A DNA stretch of 64,000 bases from Lingula anatina (lineage: Eukaryota; Animalia; Brachiopoda): NCBI GenBank assembly GCA_051362555.1, contig CM120645.1, forward strand, positions 9,362,001 to 9,426,000, given 5' to 3'. The translations under genes were made by a program, and so were the position numbers. The notes under the pieces are model-generated. The model worked only from the letters and a program-made list of their open reading frames with translations, made no database searches and was not told where the DNA came from. Of the stretch, positions 55,445-64,000 are shown in pieces (the stretch's first letter is position 1; every line of letters begins with the position of its first letter).

Positions 55445-56077
55445 GTAAACATTTTGGTACCTGTTCCTCCCACAGGAAAAAAATGAATAAATGTGTTTTT
55501 GAATTGAAGAATCTTCAGTAATACGTAAAACAACTTTAAAAGAGACCCTTATCAAATTTTGTGTATTAACTAAAAGACATGGAAAAGCAACATTATTTTG
55601 TTGATGACAAGGAGATTTTAAAGTAAACTTTGATATGCGAAATATAATAAAATAATTTTATTCATATCTTTATGTTTACAACCACCTTCATTCGCACTGG
55701 CATTTGGATGTCATAATGATGTTTCTAACACCGATTTATCACAAACAAAACATTTATCAATATCATTTATAACGCGTTGACATATAATATATTCGATGTA
55801 TAAAAAGTAAAACAAGTTTCCGGTACTAAGTTACGCTCAACATTTAACGAGGAATTATTTCAAAACATGATAAAAATAAATCTTCCTCTCTGACACTGTA
55901 TCTTTGTCTTCCATCTATTCGGAATGTACAGTCAATGTTCAGAAAATACATTATGCATTGCAGTCTAAAAAAAGGAATGTAGCTATCTCATAACTTTCCT
56001 TCTTCCTGAGTGTAAAAAAGTGTAAAAAAAATACAGAACTGGTCTTGACTTTCTCGGAAGATTTATCTTACTTAACA

Positions 56078-56484
56078 CTATGCCATTCGATATTCTTGTT
56101 TATCACCACTCTCATTATCGAGAGGACCAACTGAACGTGGACAGCAGCACCCATAGAGAGCCAATCGTAGTCGATACAACCCGTACAGCACGCATTGCAC
56201 CAGTGGTATCGCAACCAGTGCAACTAACACAGCGTACAGGGCTGCCGACCCCGCATTGCTGGTCCAATCCAACACGGAGTATATGTACTCCTTGTCCAAC
56301 GCATTGGTCCCATTTGTTACGTCGTAGATGGCAGAAAATACCAGAAATGTAACCCCGAACAAGAATGGGTGCAGGAAGTGATAAATTCTCACTGGAGTTG
56401 CTGTGATGAAGATGTCGATGAGAACGTACAGGGTGTTCCCGCCGTGTGTTCCCACGTCGATGTAATGAAGCTCTGTGCCGGTGG
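56078..56484 (-). CDS. rost: Rolling stone-like copy B, exon 4 (frame intact)
   Basis: Paralogous to 51431-51834; acceptor cctcag|CC ACC. Confidence 0.75.
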
Positions 56485-57049
56485 CTGAGGAAATATACAA
56501 AGTGATATTAAGGCTATATTTCATAAAACATTCTCAGCCAAACATTATGCTTTGTACAACGTAATCTTATATAAGCATCGACAAAAGTTAATTTTAATCT
56601 GTTTCAATGAACCAGTTTTTTTTTATTGTCTTTAAAATATTTTCCATTTACTTTCAAAATAAATTGTACCTATTTCTTAAATACATGCTTCATCAATGGA
56701 AGTTACTAAACATATTACCCATGCTTCCACTTTGCCTAATAATATGACGCAAAAACGCAAGAGATAACAAAATTTAGAGGAAATGCAGAAAGATGTATAT
56801 TAAACACATGATGTATTCGCCAATTTCTGACTCGAAAAATGAGGAGATAGCTTTTCAAGTACTTGAGTGATGTCGACGTCAACAAGAAACCACATTGCTC
56901 GTTTTTATCCTATAATTTTTTTTTTCGCGATACTTGGTGTCTTATATTCGTGCTTGTTCCTGGCACATAAGAATCGAAGTTTTGTCTAAGCCTTCAAAAT
57001 TGTGGCCTGTAGAAATTAAATTGCCCTTCTCTGAGTGGACTTAACTCAC

Positions 57050-57175
57050 CTAAATAAGCCGGGAATATGAGACCCCAAAAGAGCGCAGTAACTACAATGG
57101 CGGCATTACTACTGATATTATAGATGACCCACGCCATCTTCAGGTACCACGTCATAGCCGGGTATGGGACGCCGC
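57050..57175 (-). CDS. rost: Rolling stone-like copy B, exon 3
   Basis: 126 nt like copy A; MTWYLKMAWVIYNISSNAAIVV identical. Confidence 0.75.
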
Positions 57176-57659
57176 CTGAAAACAACAAACAAAATGTTGC
57201 GTGAAATATAAAGTAAGACCTGGCAAATTTTGGGATCACTCCCAATATGAAACATAGCATATATTCGAGTTTCCACTTCACACTCAAGATGATCCGATAT
57301 GTATACAGCGTGGATGTTGAATAAATTTTTTTTTTTCTTTTTTTTTTTTCAATCCAGTAAAGTGCTTTGTGTCGGTCAGATCAGCATTTTTTTAAGGTCA
57401 TTGATATGACACTTACAGTTACATCCAATTTTCAGCTATCCTTTTTTTACGTTCTTATCAATAAGGTTTAAAAAAAGACTTTTTTTAACCGAATCATGTA
57501 ATTTTCCCCAAGAAGATCACGCAGATCTGCATATCTACATTTTTATTTTGCCCAAGTCACATGAACGCGATGTCATCGATGGAGGTGGGCAGTTTAATAA
57601 GAAACTCGGGTACATGTAAATGTCCCATGAAATCTTACTTAATGCATGCGTGTTCTTAC

Positions 57660-57860
57660 CATGTTTTCTGCGTTCTACATAATGGTTGATAGCCACAGCA
57701 GCTTGCATTATGGCGCTAACCGTCAGGATGAGGTAGGACCAGTTGGTGAGGTAGATAAACCATTTGACGCGATTGGGCTCGCTAGTATACCAACTGTAGG
57801 GTATGTAGGGAACAACGCCCAGATGACGCGGTAGATGACGTAAGCAATCCCAAATCCTCC
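57660..57860 (-). pseudogene. rost: Rolling stone-like copy B, exon 2 with a net 25-nt deletion (frameshift, TGA at 57723-57725)
   Basis: 201 nt vs 226 nt in copy A; 30 nt coding HVTWIILSGV replaced by cctac. Confidence 0.75.
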
Positions 57861-57916
57861 CTGTAATGACAAGGTCTTTCTATAACATTTATGATTTTGT
57901 CGTTTTGGGCAAAGGG

Positions 57917-58063
57917 TACCCTAGGTTCTAGATTTCCGTATTGCCAGCTCTATCTTGATTTCATATATAACCCATATCAGCAATACGAAGAGTAAAAGTA
58001 AAAGCGATCCCATCACAAGATTTTTGACAAGCTAGCTTTTACTGTGCTCTGACACTCAGGGTA
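57917..58063. mobile_element. 147-bp hAT-like insertion with 8-bp TSD in copy B intron 1
   Basis: gcaaaggg|TACCCT...AGGGTA|gcaaaagg; empty site gcaaaagg at 52806-52813 in copy A. Confidence 0.85.
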
Positions 58064-59691
58064 GCAAAAGGCGATCGTCTACGTTTCTTTTTTTTTTTTA
58101 TTATTATTATTATTAGTATCAGGATATTTTTACATGCACCATTTTCTGGGCCAAAACTTAGATCCAACATTGTGAAGACTTCTGAAGTCAAGACAAAAAT
58201 CAAATACTGTGACGACCTCGGCAATCTATCATAAGGCTGGCATTCAATTTTAGCAGTTCATAACTTTCACTGATTATGGAGGGCTAATTCTATTAAAATT
58301 ACGTAACAATGAAATATTTATATTTGACACAGTCTTCCAACCTGCAAGCTTTTGCGCCATGGCTGTTATTGTCATACATGTAGTACACCGATACGCCTAT
58401 AAATAATCCAGAGGCCACTTATACAATTACAATAATAACAATAATACATGAAATGTAAAGGGGGACAACTGTTGGAGAGAGGAACTTCATGCTGACTGAG
58501 TCGCGTTTTCAATGCCTCCGATGGGTCGTCCACTGCTGATGAATATGAGTGTTAGAAAATGGGTTGCGTTATGTTAAATGAGGCGTCCATTTTTTTCGCA
58601 AAACATCAAATATTTTTGGCTATCATATTGCGATTTACTTGACTCGATTCGCTCCTTTGTGTGACAAGGGCCCCGAAAAAGTTTGGTGTTTTGGAGGGCA
58701 AACGGCCGGCGGTGATTTTTGGTACAGTTTAGAACTATGATTCAGCTATTCAAAATTCTAATTTCAAGAGGGGAATATTGTTGTGATATATTTTTCAGAA
58801 ACCGAAGGAGAGGTCAGGACACCCCCCCCCCCACCCCCCCCCCACCCCCCACCCCGACCAACTTCTAAATCCGCCACTGCAGTGTATATACATTTTAAAT
58901 GCATTAAATGTATCTGGCGTAGGACTGAGCATGTTGGGTGCAGTCAAGCCGCGCAATGTGGTTGCTATACACTATACACTGAGTCACGCGTCATAAATAA
59001 AACATACAGCCTATGTACGCCCTGTACAACAACATGTATACAATACGGGTAATTTCAGTCCAGTCATCTACTCATTATATCTATACAATTCCGGTTCCAT
59101 GTAGTACAGCGACTATATTACACTACAGCGAAGATTGAATGTTGGTGTCCTATTTTACCAACACTCCTTCTTTTTTAACCACACATATACATAATAGAAG
59201 ACAGATTTCACAATTCCTTAAATTTGTTAAATGAATTAACTATAAGTAACCGATGACCGTGCTAGTAATCAATATGTTCACAAAAGTATATCAACTGTCT
59301 TAAATCAAGGTAAACGTTGTAAAAGGCGACAAAATAATAGGCAGCTCTTTTTTTCCCGATAGCTCTGATCATGGAAGTATATGTATGCATTCCCTGCTCC
59401 GATATAGAGCATATCAATTTCAGTTTTATCATGTACATGTCAAAGTCGTTCCTCTGGTAAAAATACTTTTGTACAAGTTACTATTATAATCATAACTGCA
59501 ATATGTACATTTCATTAAAAATAGAAGATAAGTTATGTTTCCAAATACTATGTAAACTAAATCCTACGTGATCACACTTCTTGTCCGTTTTTGTTTATTT
59601 TTTTGCCCCTAAAGTAACCTATATCAGCTGATAATGATAACCTCAGTGACATTGTCTAACTGTTATCATACCTATTAACTCCCTAACTTAC

Positions 59692-59790
59692 CTGGGCCGT
59701 CGCAAACAGCTCGGGACTCTCATGACTGAGACCAAAATTTCTAGGGTGAAATTCCTTCGTACAGCACTCTTTACAAGAGGTTTTCGCCAT
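59692..59790 (-). CDS. rost: Rolling stone-like copy B, exon 1 (an in-frame upstream ATG at 59901 is possible)
   Basis: MAKTSCKECCTKEFHPRNFGLSHESPELFATAQ|gtaagt; 99 nt as in copy A. Confidence 0.75.
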
Positions 59791-59996
59791 GTTGTTGTTG
59801 TCCCCAGTATGTCCGTGCCCCTGTTGACCGGAATAATTACGATTGCCTCCGCCACGGGCCGGAAGTAGGGGCTGTGTCGCGCTGGTGACGTGTGTGGCCA
59901 TTGGTGCTTACTGGTGCCTGTCTAATGATGGTCCGAATATGACGGGGAGAGGACGCGGGAAAATTGGTGGCAATGGAATTTTAGCAGAGAAATATT

Positions 59997-60185
59997 TCTA
60001 TTTTCTATTTGCGCTATCTTATGATCACGGTCTGTGCCCTGATTATCCCGCCGCGTAATTACTGGCAGCGCGAGCCAGTTACTTATAGTAACTTATAGTA
60101 ACTGGCTCGCGCTGCCAGTAATTACGCCGCGGGATATTCAGGCCACAGACCGTGATCATAAGACATACCGCAAATAGAAAATAGA
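59997..60185. repeat. 189-bp foldback palindrome (probable MITE)
   Basis: Arms of about 90 bp, with core gcgtaattactggcagcgcgagccagttact / agtaactggctcgcgctgccagtaattacgc perfect. Confidence 0.9.
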
Positions 60186-61059
60186 GTTTAGAAAATAGAC
60201 ATTGCATGTGAACGAAGCCTTACATCATCTAAGATGTCATTCTCTGATTTGAGCAAAGACGACATGCGAGAGAGGGAAGGGTATGTAATGGAGGAAGAAG
60301 AAAAGAGAAATGAAAGGAACTTGGTATGATAGAATTAAAAAAAAACAACAACAAAGTGTAACAATGGGCAGGGGAAAGATTTCTTATTTTGTGGGTGCAC
60401 AGCCAGTTTAAGTAAAATAGGACCCATCTGTGCGTGTACATATATCAGTTTTTTTCTGAATGCTACATCTCATTTTTTTTTTTTTTTTGTTTATATGAAT
60501 GACATATTATCAAAACAAGGACTCGCTCAATAATTATATATATTGCTATAATTTCTACATGATATTATTTACATTTACAGTCCCAAAGATATGAAACATG
60601 GTTCTGGCAATATGTAACAGTTAATTTGACCACCAATTAGGTAAATCATCAGCATATTTCATAAAATGAAGTTCATGTAACACAGCGACATCTTTGTGTA
60701 TGGTTTTACACAGACAAAGAATATCATATTTTCAATTATTGAATTAGTGTACATTTTGATTTTACCTTAGCACCACATCAAAACTGTTCCATATAATTTG
60801 ACAAATGGACAACTCCATCAGAAAATTCATAATTCATAAGAACACCACTGAAGCAAAGCAAATGACCACATTCAGTGATAGTGATGCATATTCTGCCTCA
60901 GTCTCTTGGCAAATGTTAATGCCTACTGTACTCAGAATAGCACATTTTAAAAATCAGCCAAAAGTTTTCAGCACAGTCAAACATTTGACCCAGACCTAGG
61001 TCTCATTGTGTTAGGTGTGAAGCCCATTGTGCTGGATGTGACATCTCAACTATCACATT

Positions 61060-61214
61060 TCAGTGTGCAACAACTTCAGGTTGCTGCCCTAACGCATCCA
61101 GAATAAGGTTCATGGGTGTCCTCTTCATGCCAACAATGTCTCCATATTCCATTTTGATGTTGGTGAAACGATTCTTCACATTCCTCATACGAAGGGATGA
61201 ATGTAAAAGTATCA
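61060..61214 (-). CDS. ARL6IP5: PRA1 family protein (ARL6IP5/PRAF3/JWA-like), exon 3
   Basis: LILLHSSLRMRNVKNRF...MKRTPMNLILDALG, the conserved PRAF C-terminus; phase-1 acceptor; absent from the ORF track. Confidence 0.9.
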
Positions 61215-61557
61215 CTGAAAATTATGGAGAAAAATGTCATATTTGAATTACACCTTAAATGTTACACTTGTACTGTAATAAAATTGAAAAATTTAACTAT
61301 TAAGAAATTTAAAATATAAAATGACCCTAAATGTCTTAAATATGTCACAAAGTAGAATTCTGAAATATAAGCCTTACATAATGAAAAAAATATACATACT
61401 TTAGTAATTTAGTAAACAGCATATTATTTTATTTAATCAAATAATTTTTCTTTAACAGCCATTAAAATTTGTTACTAGTGTTTTAATTTTGTAAATCATT
61501 CACTAGATTAAAACCAAGAATTAGGAGCAAAAAAAGTATGAGAAAATTTGTACTTAC

Positions 61558-61775
61558 AAAACAGAGGTAAAGCAATCCCGAAGAGGAACACAATAACTGC
61601 TCCTGCCATATAAACCAACAGATAACCACCAAATAAAACACCACCCATACACAGCAAGGGGTGGTCTTTCTTGAAATGCCTTGTGGCTGCTCTGTTATTT
61701 GTAGCATACACAAAGACAGAGAACACTACCGCCACAGCCAGAACTCCTATCACCATTTTCACAGGATGCAAAACA
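61558..61775 (-). CDS. ARL6IP5: PRA1 family protein, exon 2
   Basis: LHPVKM...FKKDHP...VIVFLFGIALPL hydrophobic hairpins; splice phases 2/1. Confidence 0.92.
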
Positions 61776-62300
61776 CTGAAAAATAAGTGACGCTGTTTAA
61801 TTTCATATCTTGTCTACATGTTCTGGGTGTGGTAATCATGCCCCTTCCACCTGGAAATCAATGTCATGCGGTTACTCCATGAAAAGTTATTTAGCCCGTA
61901 CTAGAAAACTACTTTCAAAATGTACAAGGTTTGTCTTTTGGGCTAACAGTTTGAAGTACCAAACTGCAGTAAAACATTGCTTTATTCACTGTCCAGTCCT
62001 ACTGTTGATACATACATTAAGTGGCATCTTTTAAGTTCTTTGCCTGAGCTATGTTAAATACACCATTTAAAATACAATGAAGTGAAATAAATCATGCCAT
62101 TGGTCTACTGATAATCATCATGCCTGAAAAACTCACAACACAAATTCGCTTTCGATATGAATATACTGTCCCCAACCTTCCTAATTATCCTGATTTCACA
62201 ATAACTTTATATAAAGGAGTAAAACAATAAAATAAAAGACCCCAAAATATGTCAATAAATGAAAACAAAACTCCATCTGTTTCCGAGTGCATCAGCTCAC

Positions 62301-62479
62301 CCTATTATTAAAAATATCACCACAGCCGAGAGAAAATAGTTGGTCTGATAGTACAGCAAGTTGTTGATCATTCGGTTGTTCCATCGTGTTGGGTCTCTCA
62401 AAGACGGCACCTGAAACCTGGCAGATTCCAGCAAAAAATCTGAGAGAGGCCGCAGCGGGGCGAGCTCCACCTCGTCCAT
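62301..62479 (-). CDS. ARL6IP5: PRA1 family protein, exon 1
   Basis: MDEVELAPLRPLSDFLLESARF...RWNNRMINNLLYYQTNY signature; total CDS 552 nt = 183 aa. Confidence 0.95.
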
Positions 62480-62680
62480 ATCGATTCTCAGAATTAGGTC
62501 AAGGCCGCTTATGTGCATGTTGAATAAAAGCTTGGAAAGTATAGATTTCATCAATATATTCATTGAAAAAGATCTTATATTAAATATATTAATTTTAACT
62601 TCAATGTGACCTTGATGTTGGGAAAATATCATTACATTTTAGGGAAATTGAAGAATAGCTTAAGCTGCAATTTATACAAC
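62480..62680. promoter_or_regulatory. Putative compact bidirectional promoter and 5' UTRs between ARL6IP5 and UBA3
   Basis: Only 201 bp separate the two divergent start codons; function inferred. Confidence 0.6.
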
Positions 62681-62694
62681 ATGGCTGAAGAACC
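62681..62694 (+). CDS. UBA3: UBA3 coding exon 1 (14-nt micro-exon, MAEEP)
   Basis: caacATGG context; CC|gtgagt phase-2 donor matches the next exon; resembles human MADGEEP. Confidence 0.7.
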
Positions 62695-63163
62695 GTGAGT
62701 CCCAGTCTTTACATTTCATTCAGGAAAAATTAAGTTATTGGCGTTTAGAAAACCTTTTTTGACGATTTTAATCACACAGAAATTTTCATCTTTTTAACCT
62801 TGTTGTTTGTTAAATTAAAAAATACCATGTTAATCTTTGGTTTTTAAGGATTTTGCCAATCCTGTCGAGCCGGTATGGTCTTGTCAAACAATACTCAGTA
62901 CTCTCTAGTATCAATATCTGTAATCTGCCTCAGGCGTTTTCAGTATACGTATATAGATTCACCATGATGCAATATGTAAATATGAAGACTTGAATAGAAA
63001 TTATAGAAGTAGTTCCTTGGTTAACTTACAGTAATACCGTGCTAGGGAGGAGAGAGTTTTAATATCAATTTTTCATGATATGAAATGTTCTGGTACTTGG
63101 TTAGGCCTGTTGCAGGTGAGTCACACAAAATGGTGTCAATATTAATGTTATTATTACTTACAG

Positions 63164-63269
63164 AATGGCTTTAGATCCCGTGGATTGGCACGGCCGCTGG
63201 AATCACATTAAAAAGCTACTGGAACGAGGTGGGCCCTTCGCACATCCAGACTTTGAAGCCAGCCCTGAG
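63164..63269 (+). CDS. UBA3: NEDD8-activating enzyme E1 catalytic subunit, exon 2
   Basis: DWHGRWNHIKKLLERGGPFAHPDFEASPE matches the UBA3 N-terminus; tacag| and |gtacag sites. Confidence 0.93.
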
Positions 63270-63671
63270 GTACAGTTTACAATTACCGGCATGGTTTGGA
63301 TTAAAGATTAGCACAATGGAATAATATTAATAACTTCATGTTAATTAAAACTTAATGATGCATAGCTGGACAAAAAAAGCAAGGAGAAAATGTTGGACAA
63401 AGGGGAAGGGGAGAGGATGCATATTTTAAATAAACTTCTGGTTTAACACTATTTTGGGCATTTAGAATTAAATAAAATCCAATTACATGTACAATAGATA
63501 CAGCATGTGGAGTTTTTAATGAAAATAAAAGAAAATGTCTGAACTGTGTAATTCCAATTTTTCACCATTTTATTTCTATAACATCTACACAGAGTAGATG
63601 TTGAGCTAAAGGAAATTCACCCTTTTTTGATTAACATATTTCTTTAAAAAGAGAGTTGGTTTTTATTCCAG

Positions 63672-63752
63672 ACATTGGGATTTATACTGGAATCATGCAA
63701 GATATTAGTAATTGGTGCTGGAGGTTTAGGTTGTGAACTTCTCAAAGATCTG
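63672..63752 (+). CDS. UBA3: UBA3 exon 3 (GxGxxG nucleotide-binding motif); gene continues beyond the window
   Basis: [27 protein letters not shown]|gtaaga. Confidence 0.95.
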
Positions 63753-64000
63753 GTAAGAAACTATAAAACATATTAATATATCCCTGCTCTCCTTGGATAA
63801 TATATTTGACATAATAGAATAGATACTAGATTCCCGTTTTTCTGGAAAATAAGTAAAAGCTAAATTAGAGTTGTACTTTACTCAGGGATCTTGTATTTAC
63901 CAGGACTCCAAAAATAGTTAGATCTCCAAACTTTCTTACAAACAATCACTATCATGTCTTCTAACTCATATCAGCAAATATTGAAAACTTTTTTCACTGT

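Noticed and set aside
62480-62632. N-terminal extension of the PRA1 ORF given in the ORF track
   Set aside because: Family similarity begins at MDEVELAPLR (62479); the extension overlaps the putative shared promoter

Overview
AT-rich, intron-containing animal genomic DNA, probably a marine invertebrate such as a mollusc or other lophotrochozoan (inferred from repeat content and gene structure). Most ORF-track entries are spurious. By reading splice sites I could build five host genes: (1) a 3-exon ankyrin-repeat gene (-, 25273-32962, 360 aa); (2,3) two tandem 4-exon rolling stone-like membrane protein genes (-, 51431-54124 intact; 56078-59790 carrying a 25-nt frameshifting deletion in exon 2); (4) a 3-exon PRA1-family ARL6IP5/PRAF gene (-, 61060-62479); (5) the first three coding exons of UBA3 (+, from 62681), head-to-head with ARL6IP5 as in human. 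Mobile DNA includes a 5'-truncated CR1/L2-type LINE (about 17123-18190) and an internally deleted ISL2EU-type transposon (18731-21309; AT TSD, THAP+HTH transposase and a convergent SAP+YqaJ gene, both catalytic cores lost at one junction). There are also many MITEs (Tourist-like, CAG-ended with 5-bp TSDs, one with its empty site visible in a paralog), a 211-bp tandem array, long palindromes and microsatellites. I found no CRISPR, rRNA or complete tRNA, and nothing I can show to be a wholly new system. The best leads are the two-gene ISL2EU relic, the mosaic and frameshifted rolling-stone pair, and the ARL6IP5-UBA3 bidirectional unit.
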